Source: Azolla caroliniana
Lineage: Eukaryota > Plantae > Polypodiophyta
Assembly (NCBI GenBank): GCA_043228905.1
Contig: JBHGNT010000013.1
Location: forward strand, 2,604,001-2,668,000
Reading direction: 5' to 3'
Length of the DNA stretch: 64,000 nt
The first letter of the stretch is position 1, and each line of letters starts with the position of its first letter. The translations under genes and the position numbers were made by a program. Below the pieces are notes generated by a model, which did not search any database, was not told where the DNA came from, and worked only from the letters and a program-made list of their open reading frames with translations. Of this stretch, positions 47,849 to 60,053 are shown piece after piece.

Positions 47849-48099
47849 CTGAAGAAGACGAAGACGAAGACGAAGACGAAGAAGAAGAAGAAGAAGAAGA
47901 AGAAAGACAGAGGATTGAAGGGGGGAGGAGAAGACAGAGGATTGAAGAAGGAAGAAGAAGAAAGAAGAAGATTCTTCCTTCCTTTCTTCTTTCTTCTTTC
48001 TTCTTCCTTTTTTACGCGTATTCTTGTCCACCACAGAATTGGGGGCCTCAATTCACGTGTACACAAGAAGAAAGAAGAAGAAGAAGAAGAAGAAGAAGA

Positions 48100-48145
<46 letters not shown>

Positions 48146-48696
48146 CTAGAGAGAGAGGACCCACATACAAGAATCTGTCACGTGTACCTCATTCACACTT
48201 CCCCTGCATCTCCATCTCCATCTCCATGTCTACTAAGAAATGGATGAATGAATCAATAGGGTCATGGGTATGGGCATGGGCATGGATATGGGCATGGGCA
48301 TGGGCATGGGCATGGGGCATGGGCATGGCATGTTATTCCCATCTTTTGATGTGCTCACGGTTATTGTAAGGAGAAGGATAGGATTGGCCGGCCCTGAGTG
48401 TTGCCTGCCTAAGCTCGACATTTGCGTGGGGGCAGGACATGACACATGTAGCTTTCAATGGGGCACCCGAATTATATACATGTCCATGGACCTTCGTGCG
48501 AGTTGCGTATGCCTGCCTACACACATTTGGCATCAGAAAGCTCCCCGCCCCGCCCCCCCCATTGGCTATACATCCCCACCCCATGTCCATGCCCATGCAC
48601 CCATGGGCCTTGACCAATCAATCACCTTTCCAAACTACTTGACATGCATCCCGTTGCCCCCAAACTGCTCACATCGCAAAAGTCACATTCTCTTAC

Positions 48697-48843
48697 TATT
48701 ACGGGCAATGACCATATAATATCCCGTGGTAAGTTTTACTGTAGTATTTTATACACTTGGATAAAGTGTGAGGGTTAAAGGAGAGTGTAAAGAATACTAC
48801 GGTAAAACTTACCACGGGATATTATATGGTCATGCCCGTAACA
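48697..48843. mobile_element. 147-bp miniature inverted-repeat element with ~55-bp TIRs and 5-bp TSD CTTAC
   Basis: TATTACGGGCAATGACCATATAATATCCCGTGGTAAG...CTTACCACGGGATATTATATGGTCATGCCCGTAACA; CTTAC at 48692-48696 and 48844-48848. Confidence 0.85.
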
Positions 48844-49026
48844 CTTACCATTGCGAAATCATTCTGACAATGTATATGCATATAGAGTATGTGTGTGTGT
48901 GTATTCAAAAAGAGTGGTTAGGAATACTTTGGCTTTTTGAGAACAAGTGCGTGTGTAAAAAATTGTAAAAAAGTCGTTCCAACGACGCCCTTCTCTAGTG
49001 GAAGTCTACTCGTAAGAGCAACATTG

Positions 49027-49073
<47 letters not shown>

Positions 49074-52000
49074 AGAATTTCACTTCTTGTCCTCACGAGA
49101 CTCCACCGCCAGCATTGCAAGAATTTAAGATTACATGTACTACGTTTGCGTCTAGAAGTGAACTATTATGGAACTATGACCTTGGAAGTAGGCAACAAAT
49201 AGTCACCTGCCACGAAAAAAGGTCTCAACTTGTGAATGAACGATTGTGAGTAAGATATTTAGATATAATAGAAATAATCATATAGAATATCAGAAATGTA
49301 TGTTTATTAGGAGACATGCATCGAATGATTCGTGTTTATCTTGATTACTCCGCAATATGAGCCTTTAACATAATAACAAACCTTGATCACAAAACATGGA
49401 GAAAATGCAACCATCATATTAACTTGGTCTTTATCTCATCAAATGTCTACATTCTTGATTAGGGTAAGCAAAAAGAAAGATCACAAGGTCCCCAGTCTAC
49501 ATCATCAATTGGTCTTCATCAAAGTGGAGCATTTGGTCTTACAACTTGTTTAAATTAATGGAATATCACTTATCCAAGGAATATAATAGTCAATTTGTGT
49601 TCCCGAAAAGATGTCAACATTGTTAACACATCAATGACCACATTATAAGAGCATGTCAATGACTATGGAAACCACGAGGAAAGAAAAAAGTACTGTTGGG
49701 TGACTACCAATGCAATGTGTGGCGAAACGAGATAAAATAATGTGTCCCATGTTCCATATTTAATAACCATAGATCAAGGGTACGTACACAAGCACAAATG
49801 TAGAATCCGAGTAGCATTTGAGAAATGACCATTGTGTTAAATGGTTTGTAGTCCGTGTAGAACGAAACTTGATATGCAAATAAAGTAAAATTATACATTT
49901 CCTCCCAAAGATAAGATTCTAAATCATAGGGTTTCCTACATCAAATTAGGCGGCCTTGTTAACAAACTAGACATATAATCTAATCTCACTCATGTAAAAT
50001 CCATATACATATATGCTTTGGACGAAACATCTATCTTTCCCCTCTTACAACCTTCCTAATTTTCAGTCCTTTACATTTCGGCGAGTGAAAGACAAGACAT
50101 GATACCATATGAGGAAAGAGGAACACGATAAGAATGAAAAGTAGAGATGTCCAAAAATTATTGTTTCAAGATGAGACTTTGGGGTTCAACATACATTCAC
50201 AAGGGTAATGTTTAAGAAGAGCTTGCCTAACCTGGCAACGTTTGCAAATAGTGTTTACAACATCCCCCCGAATATTTAAGAAGTATGATTACAAGGGTAA
50301 ACCATATCAAGGGTTATACCATCCTCCCAAAAATGTTATGAGACAAACATTGAGTTATCATACTAGTTTGTGAGAAAAACTGAGACAACTCTTCCAAAGA
50401 TGAAAAATATGCATTATGAGAATGCCAAAAAGGGCACATTCACATGTTTCAATCAATATGTTTACTCACGGATGTGTATATGACAAGGGGTTTCCTATCA
50501 TAAAAAAGAAATAGCGAAATTTGAGCTTGTGTTGCATTTGGGGATTGTGGTAAGGCCTTTTTTTAATTATTACAAATGACACGCTCGTTCCCATGTTATT
50601 AGTTATCATACAACTATGTATTGTTGAAAGCATTAGGATCCACAAATGTATATGTATATAGGTAGAATATTGAATTCATGTAAACATGGTAGGACCCTAG
50701 CCTTCTTCAAATTGAGTGGCAAATAGTGAGGAGAAAAATCAACGATTATCTCGAAAGACAAATATATTCAAAGGTTTTGACAACAATGCATTTGTGTGGG
50801 TTAAAAACTAATGGAAAATCTACTAAAACCGAGTACTCCTTGCGAGGAAGGTACAAGAATGATTGAAAAACTCTCTCCCTCTCTCGAGTTTTAAATCATG
50901 ATATAGACAAATTGCCAAACTAGATATAGGATGTAGGTTAAGATTAAGAATAAGATAATGAAAATCATGATAGTGATAAATGGTCTTGAAGATGAGATTT
51001 ACTTAATTTTATGAATTCCTTCATACAAACATTTGCTAAATTGTCCTGTAAAAACAGAATGAAACAAACAAAAATATCACTACTAATTAGCGATGCAAAT
51101 ACCTTTCCGATATTAAAACAAAATCCCAGAAACAATACGCCACAAAATGAATTTCAATTTCACAACCTTATGTAAACTATTTGCAAATGAGCATTGATTT
51201 GTCAAGGATACATAGTATGAAATTTTAAAATTCGTCAATGATAGATAACGACAATAATGCTATCAAACAAAAGAGATTAAAAGTTATCCATGTGATGGAT
51301 GATGTTTTCATGCCATGTCTCCCAATAACGTGGTTGTATGTATGCCCACGAGAGCCCATCTGTGCTCTTCCATAATGTTTCTCTTAAATTCTCCAATCAA
51401 ACAAAATGGCAACAAGTTTATAATATTTAGTTTATCTATGTACACTTTCAAAGTTTTTAGAAGATTTCAGTTGTAAATATCTATTTGGCATAAATAGTAT
51501 TCAAATATATATGTTTGAAATCCATATTTAACCATACATCAAATTCGTGCACATGCTTTGGGTAGAAACACAAAAAATGAGAATGCAAAATTTGTAAATG
51601 TTACTCAGTGAAGATGAAGATTAGCATGAATAACATGATCATATTAAAAAATGAGTGATATATATTAGTGTTGGGATTCGCAAAACAACATGCTGACATG
51701 CTTTTTCATCAAGAAAGCATACCTAGTCATTGGTTTGTGACTTATTATCTAGATAGGATTTAGATCCCTATCAAGAAAAAAAACTTCATATTTCATCAAA
51801 AGTTTGTGTGTATTGAGGTACATAAATGATATATTCTCATGCAAAGAAAACATATCTAGGTGAATGACCTCAATCTCCTTGTGGGAAGTTATCATGGGTG
51901 TCAAATGAGCAAATAGAATCAAAGAGTGGTTGGAGTAAAGGCAAGCAAATTTACAAGAAAAGACAGATCAAGCAATGGATGTTGACGCATTTGATGGCGT

Positions 52001-52546
52001 CAAGATGTAAAGAAAAAAGCGAAGAAGAGAGATAGATTTTATTATCGTCTTTAGAGGTCACACATGTCCTATGAGACCAAACATATTACATTTCATGCAA
52101 TACATATGCAATTGAGGAGCGATTCTTGATGTTCAAGAACTTTGCCAATATATGTTGCATGAGTGCACATTGTGATTATGATAGAAATTCATGCAATGAT
52201 TGGGTTTGGACAAAGATGTGTGTAAAGGATAGCCAAATGTGATCAAAGGTAGAGCATTGTATCAAAGTGTGATACTCTCCCGAATGTGTGTCGAGCAAAG
52301 TGTGCATAGTTGACTACGCTCATCACTTGTGCCCCAATGCCCCATCTCACATTGTAGTGAGTGTGAGCACACGTGAGACACACACAGACACATATGACGC
52401 GAACAAGATAAATACTTACTTAATACCTCGTGGATGAGATCAATCTACTTTAGATTCGTCATGCAAGGAGAATCCCCTTTTATACATTATAGGTTGCAAT
52501 GCACAAACCATGCATGCAACCTCTTAGGACTTCACAATTAGAGAAA

Positions 52547-54400
52547 TGTTAGAACTCTACAACTTCACAAGACTTAGCACTATGTTAACAATCACTTTTC
52601 CTAGTAGGCAAGCCATTAGGATTGATATTCTTGGAAGGAATAATTTTGGGAGTCAGTGTCAGATGCTCATTTAATGAGCATTCAAGTACATGTCAGTACT
52701 TGTCAACCCACTCGACATGGCTTGTATAAAAAGTGCTCTGTGAGCACTTGTAAGTAGAAGAGTACAGAGAATATTTTCCAATAGAAATTTTTGTTGTCTG
52801 CTCTCTCTCTCTCTCTCTCTCATCTCATCTCTATGTATACCTAACTGTTGTATCTTCGAATAACCGATTGCATACTCTATGTACTTCTACGTAACGCTTC
52901 CACACTCTCCCTTTATACATGGTATTAGAGTGCGAGGGTTGAGAATCCTCTGCAACTGACCGAAAAGCAAAAGACAACACAGAGACATTATTTTCTTTTG
53001 GAACAACAGGAACATGGATAAAGGCATGGGAAACTCACTTCCGATAGAGAAGCTCGACAGAAGAAACTACGCATCTTGGTCATAGAAGATGCATCAGTAC
53101 CTCCTCAGGCACGAATATTAGAGTTATGTTGAAGGAGGTAATGATGCAGCACTAGATTCGACACACAGAGATTTCCTGGCCTGGGAACAGGCGGCAAGCA
53201 GAGTTCTGTATTGCTTTGCATCTTGTGTGAGCGATCAACTATTGAGCTACATCTGGGACATTTAGGGTTGAAAAGATGTGTGGGCAAATCTGAAACTGAT
53301 TTTCGTTGCTAGCACGATGGCCAAGAAGCTGCAACTCAAACATGAGTTGAGGAATGTCTGACAAAAGGATCAGTCGGTGGCCGATTACACAACCCAGATC
53401 AAGGAGATCTACGACTCCCTCGCCTCCATCAAGGTGACCATCAAGGAGGATGAAATGGTGCATTTCTGCCTCGGAGGGTTGGCGTCAAAGTTCGGAGCGT
53501 TCCGAACGGCGGTCAGCACGAGGGAGAATATGCCTTCGTTTCTGGAGCTACAATCGATGTTGCTCGTAGAAGAGAACCATGTGGGTGGTCGACAAGTGCA
53601 CACATTGATAGTAAGATGTTGTACACGGAGTCAGAGAGGCCCCGTGCTCGTGGCAGATGAGGTGGGTCGGCACGCAATCGAGGCGGCTATTAGGAGTAGG
53701 ACCAAAGGCATAGAGGTGGTTCCGACAACGGTTTCGGACCCTACACGAATAGGGGGAGTCAAGACGCCACTGGAAGTCAGCAAGGGAAGGCCACAATGGG
53801 ATGTTGGTATTGTGGTCGGAAGGGCCACAAAGAGAGCGAGTGTTGGAAGAAGCGTATCGATTGAGATAGAGCCGGATCGAGTTGGGGTGATGTAGATAGG
53901 CGTCACCGATCCCACTTCACCGAGAAAGAAGATCGAGCTGAAATGGGCCCAACACTTGGGATGAAGCACAAGGCAAACCAGATGGGAGTATGTAACACAA
54001 AACCAGAAGAGGTCTGATATGTCAATCCCAGAGCATCGAATCACATGACGAGCCACGAAGAGTGGTTCTCATATCCGGAGAAGCCAAAACAGCCGGGGGT
54101 TGTCGAAACCGGTGACGATTCCTCACATCTTATCGCGCATGTTGGTGATATTTCCTTGAGCCATGTCGGCCAAGAAGGGAGATTGATGAACATCCTGCAC
54201 ATTTCGACCATCACCAAGAATTTGGTGTCCGTTGGACAAATTGTCGAACAAGGAATCCAAGTTTGGTTCACCCACCTTGGCTGCTTCATTAAAAACGAAG
54301 GACAAATCTTCGCACAAGGGCGACGAGAAAGGAGGATTTTCATCCTCGACACGAACGACGTCAGGACTACAATGTTCACCAAAGGACAAAAAGTCGAAAC
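52547..54400 (+). mobile_element. Decayed copia 5' part: LTR ~52547-52919, PBS TGGTATTAGAG, gag and protease remnants
   Basis: MDKGMGNSLPIEKLDRRNYASWS, YDSLASI...CLGGL, CWYCGRKGH..SEC, GASNHMT-like, KNLVSVGQI. Confidence 0.8.
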
Positions 54401-55300
54401 AAATTGCTTATTTCAAGTCCAAAGGGGAAGTTATTGTCTTTGGTGACATGAATGCTTGTACAAGAAGTTTCCAACTTGATGCACAACAATCTTTCATGCC
54501 ACATATCTGAAGGATGCAAGAGGGTATACAAATGTAGCCGCTCTTCTAGCGATGAAAAAGATCCAGACCAATTTGGGAAGTTACTCCTACAAATGTGCAA
54601 TAGTACAGAATTGCTTATTGCAAATGTTGTCTCCTTATGGCCCAAACACTAATAGTTTTACATGTAGAAAACACTATCATAATGGAAATAGTGTGTGAAG
54701 GATTATGTGTGGAAGCGTCAGACAAACCGTCCTAGCCGTGTGGCAACAGAAAGAGAGAGATAGATTAATACGCAAGAGAGACAGAGAAAGAGCAGAACGT
54801 TTAAAAATTCTATTACAAACAATAATAGTTCTCTGTACATAAAGCGTGCTCAACCGCACTATTTATACAAGTCCTAAGAGGACTGACAGAAGTACAGTGT
54901 ACTTCAATGCTCACTCGAGCGTTTGACGCAAACTACGAGACTATTAATTACCTAGTAGTCTAGGCTACTTAGGAATTTATGTATTGACCTCAAATGTATG
55001 CATAGGTTTGATTGTGAGAAGACCATTGAAGATAATAAACAACCCACTTGAGGATGAACCTTAAGTGAGCGCCCATGTACTCCAAGATGGTTGAGGAAAT
55101 GTTACAAATGACAAAGATACAACATGGTGCCACACTAGAATGAAAATGGGAAGCTTTTAAGAAAGTCATTCTCTTATGTGCAAATGAATGCTTTTCGACT
55201 AAGCACACATCTTGGAAACGCATCAAGAAATGTAGTTCAAAGAAAAAATGGTTTGATAAAGAATGTCATGAAGCTTGAAAGCGCATTATGATTTTGGATG
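54400..55300 (+). pseudogene. LINE endonuclease/linker remnant interrupted by an LTR fragment (~54692-54970, minus)
   Basis: VIVFGDMNA, GKLLLQMC...LLIAN, KWFDKEC motifs; the LTR piece matches 60054-60320. Confidence 0.6.
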
Positions 55301-55545
55301 TGGGTAAAAGCATGGGAATGGGAACAATTAGATGTGTCCTTGACATAGCTAATTAGCTGTGCAAAAAGCTACCAGTGATTTAGTCATTTTGCAATTATAG
55401 GATATTAGTAAAACGTGATCTCAAATAAAGATATTCTATTAAATGTGCACCATAAATAAAGACACTAGAATGTTTTAATTATATAAATGAGCACCATAAA
55501 TGAAAAATTAGAATGTTTTAATTATATAAATGAAATATTAATTAT

Positions 55546-56045
55546 ACACCAAATTCCTAGGTGGATTCAATGCTCCATTATGCATGATCAATTGCCACAT
55601 CACGTTGGCCAACACTTTGTGACTATTGAGGCTTTCATTCCTCTGTTGGCTACCATGAAACCTTCCTCGCAACATCCCTCACATTCTAGTCATCCATGAG
55701 CTATCATTGTACGCCAAATTCTTAGGTGGATTCAATGCTCCATTATGCATGATCAATTGCCACATCACGTTGGCCAACACTTTGTGACTATTGAGGCTTT
55801 CATTCCTCTGTTGGCTACCATGAAACCTTCCTCGCAACATCCCTCACATTCTAGTCATCCATGAGCTATCATTGTACGCCAAATTCTTAGGTGGATTCAA
55901 TGCTCCATTATGCATGATCAATTGCCACATCACGTTGGCCAACACTTTGTGACTATTGAGGCTTTCATTCCTCTGTTGGCTACCATGAAAACTTCCTCGC
56001 AACATCCCTCACATTCTAGTCATCCATGAGCTACCATCGTACGCT
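55546..56045. repeat. Three near-identical 165-bp tandem units
   Basis: AGGTGGATTCAATGCTCC at 55559, 55724 and 55889. Confidence 0.95.
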
Positions 56046-56166
56046 CCTCGATTGCAGCCACTATTCGCTCCAATTGAATTCGCTCCTCTATTGTCAAAAT
56101 TATACGCTCAGTTGCCGCCACTGTTTAGTCCTAGATTGTTGTCGCTGATCACTCCTCGATTGCTGT

Positions 56167-59100
56167 TGTCATGAATACATAAACATCATGTCTTCACTTG
56201 GGCTTGAACCCAAGATCTTGTAATACATAATCAACAACCCCACCATTAAGATAGCCCATGATCATATGAGATGATAAAAGCTACTTCTTGTAATACGTTG
56301 ATTATTGTAAATACTCTGGAACATTCTAGAACATCCTAGAACATCTTAGAATATTCTAGGTGAAGAACATTCTAGAACATTATAGAAATCTCTAGGCTAT
56401 TCTATGGGAACCTATAAATAAGGGCATACATGAACTCCCAAATCAATTCAAATCAAACTATCAGAACCAAGACAGAAGATAGAGTGACAGAAGAAAGATA
56501 TATCGAAATCACAAGAAGAGGAATGAAATGATAAGAGAAGAATGAATGTATTAAAGTAGAATGAGAATGGATACAAGATAGGCGATGAGAGCAGGATAAA
56601 GGAGAGAGAACAGGATAAAGGAGAGAGAGAAATTCGAATCAAACTCCATAATTTCGTGATGTTTATACAACAGTATAAAGGAGAGAGAGAAATTCGAATC
56701 AAACTCCATAATTTCGAGGAATTTGTCAAAGAATTTAAAGCTTGCTCTGGAGATATAGATGGGGCAAGAACAACGATCAACAAGATTCGTACACTACGTC
56801 AAGGTGATCAGCCAACATCGACATATGCCTCCAATTTTCGTCTCATTGCAAACGATATTCCTTGGGACGAACAAGCCCTAATGGAGCAGTTTCGTTCTGG
56901 TCTTCGTAGCGATGTAAAAGACTTACTTCTTACATTCCCCGAGGATCCAAAATCTCTTACAGAAACTATTAGTCGAGCAATACGATGTGATAACCGTCCT
57001 TTTGAGCGTCGATGTGAACGACAACAACAAATAACAAGGTCAAGATTCACACCAACTTATGCATCAGTAATGACGCAATCATCTCCAAGGCAAACATATA
57101 GCCTTGCACCAACTCCGAGGCAACCATGTAGTCTAACCCCAATGGATAGGCCTACACCCATGGAGATCGATATGCCGCAACGATGTCGAGCAAACCGTCT
57201 ATGCTTATATTGTGGAGGTCAAGGCCACGACGTTAGGTAAATCAAATTCACTATGACAATAAAACTGAGTCCAACATTTTAGAAACACTTAGTGATCCGA
57301 ATGTTATGAATAATCCACCCTTGTCCAATAAGTTTGAAGTCCTAAGCCAATTAGAAGAGGAGTCAAACGAATAAGTCCGGCCAAAATAGGAGCCATTTGG
57401 TTGGACAACTCTAGATCTATACAACCTAGTGTAGGTTCCATTTCTTCCAAGCATGTTAGTAGAGTCTTCTGAGCCCAAGTACAAGTTAGGACACCAAGTT
57501 GTCAACTTCAGGTCCAAGCCCTCTTAGATACCGGTGCCAATTCTTGTTTCATGAATAGAGATTTTGCCCAAAAACATCAAATATCCTTGCATACCCTTCC
57601 TTGTCCGGTTTCTGTAGTAGTAATTGATGGACGTCCTATAGCTTCTGGGAAGATATTCAAAGAGTCTGAGCCAATCCACATACTCTTAGGTGATTTAGGA
57701 TGTGTAGTTTCCTTTAACATAATACGCAACCCCGAGCATCCAATTGTCCTTGGTTTGAGCTACATAACCCAAGAATCGATTGGAGGAGCCGAGAAATTTG
57801 GTGCTCTTCATCAAACAACATCATTGCTAAGGATTGAACCCAAGACTCTTCCCTTAAAGAAGGTTCTACCACTGCACCATCTCCTTTTCATCAAATCTCA
57901 ACCATTACATTGCAACAATTGTCCTTTGTGGGAGGAAAGGAGGAACTTTTCTTATTTGCAGTATCAGTGACACCTTCTAGTGCCACTCAAGGGAATTCAT
58001 ACATCCAAATTCCCAAAAAATATCAAGAATATGCTGATGTCTTTGATAAAGTCAAAGCTAGTGCACTTCCAAATCATCGACCGTACGACTGTCCCATTGA
58101 TTTTCAACTAGGAAAAGAGCCACCATGGGGTCCGATCTACAATTTATCACCAACTAGGCTTGAGTTTCTTCGAAAATACATCGAGGAGAATCTTGCACAT
58201 GGGTTCATTGGACATTCGAAGTCTCCAGCCGGTGCTGCCATATTTTTTGTGAAGAAAAAGGACGGTTCGATTTGTTTGGTCATGGACTATCGGGGATTAA
58301 ATAAAGTCACCATAAGAAATAGGTATGCTCTACCTTTAATCTCCAATCTTTTAGAGTGCATTGGTGGGGCAAAGAATTTTACAAAAATCGATTTAAGGGG
58401 TGCATATAATCTAGTTCGAATTCGATCGGGAGATGAGTGGAAAACTACATTTCACACTCAGTATGGTCATTTTGAGTATACAGTCATGCCTTTTGGGCTC
58501 ACAAATGCACATGTAGTTTTCCAACATATGGCAAACAACATTTTCCAAGATTTTCTGGATATCTTTCTTATCATCTATTTAGATGATCTGCTGATTTGCT
58601 CGAAAACACAGGAGGAGCATGATATACATGTTTGGAAAGTACTTGAACGCTTAAGAAAGTATGGTTTGTATGCCAAACTTGAGAAGTGCAGTTTTGACAA
58701 CGAACAAGTCGAATTGTTGGGTTATACTATTTCATCCAAGGGTATCTTCATGGATCCAGCAAAAGTCAAAACAATATTGGAATGGCAACCCCCACGTTCT
58801 ATTCGAGATGTCCAATGTTTCCTTGGCTTTGCTAACTTCTATTGCAAATTCATATGGAATTATTCAAAGATAATGTTGCCTCTCACCCAACTCACCAAGA
58901 AAGATCAAGCATTTGTTTGGACTAATGAAGTGGACATGGCCTTTACTCAGCTCAAAAAGGCATCCACATCAACTCCTATCTTAGCGTATATTGATCCCGA
59001 AAAGCCATTTACTATTGAGGTGGATGTGTCAGATTTTGCATTGGGGATGTTGAGATACAAGCTCAACATTGGCCGGATCGGCTGTGCAAGCCGAGAACCG

Positions 59101-60053
59101 GATCGGTTGGGATCGATTGGTTAGGCCGGACCGGTGCGTAAACCAGTGCGCAGACCGGTACGCAATGAGAAGCCGTAGCGGTGCGTAAACCGCGAGGCCG
59201 TTGGAAAGATATTCCGCGTAGGAATATATTTTGGGAGTTAGTGTAGAGCTCATTTATGAGCATTGAAGTACGTGACAGTACTTCTGTCAGTCCGTATGAA
59301 CTTGTATAAAAGTGCTCACTGAGTACATCCTATGTACAGATTGAGTATTATTTTTTGAATTGATTTTCTGTGTGTTCTCTCTCTTTGTCTCTCCCGTGTA
59401 CTATGTAGCTCTCCATTAAACCTATGTATTTTCTATGTTCGGTTTTCTATTGCTTCCGCACTCTATTCTTTACAGGGAGTATCCTATCACAACTAGGCAA
59501 GGACGGGCAGTCCCATCTAGTTGCGTTTCACTCGCGAAAATTTACTGTTGCGGATATAAACTACGAGGTGCATGACAAGGAGTTATTAGCTGTGGTTGAC
59601 TCTTTTGAGCAATGGCGACATTTCTTGGAAGGATCGCCTCATCAAATCACCATTTATAGTGATCATAAAAATCTTACATATTTTCAAACAACTCGAGTGT
59701 TAAATAGGAGACAGGCTCGGTGGGCACAATTTCTAACTCGTTTTGATTTCAAGATCATTTTCCGCCCAAGGAAACAACAAGGGAAAGCAAATGCTCTATC
59801 TCGACGATCATATCTCGCACTTCGTCCTGGAGACTCGGCCTTCGACAATCAAAAGAAAATTCTCCTAGGACCATCAAAGCTACAAGCAACAACAATTTAT
59901 GCCATGCCACTTGAATCAAGCCTTGTGGATACTATTCGGCAACGACTTCACTTTGATGATTTCGCTAAGGATGTCTTAGCCCACATTAGTCCAAGCACTG
60001 CATCTTGCTCCACATTGCAAGGGTCATCTCAACACTATTAGGAATTCAAATAG
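56167..60053 (+). mobile_element. Degenerate Tcn1-type chromovirus related to 9174-14953 (5' LTR from 56167, PBS/gag start deleted, gag-PR-RT-RH pseudogenes)
   Basis: Peptides closely match the young element (AINKIR.LRQGD, PMEID, KEPPWGPIYNLSP, YLDDLL, PG..AFDNQ); frameshifts; interrupted at 59048 and 60054. Confidence 0.9.
59048..59474 (+). mobile_element. Copia-type solo LTR (427 bp)
   Basis: TGTTG...TTACA; 4-bp TSD GGGA; host reads DFALG|SILSQ; similar to LTRs at 52547 and 60054. Confidence 0.85.

Noticed and set aside
47779-48719. Lys/Glu-rich and MG-repeat ORFs
   Set aside because: Translations of (GAA)n, (GA)n and (ATGGGC)n repeats in the SAP upstream region
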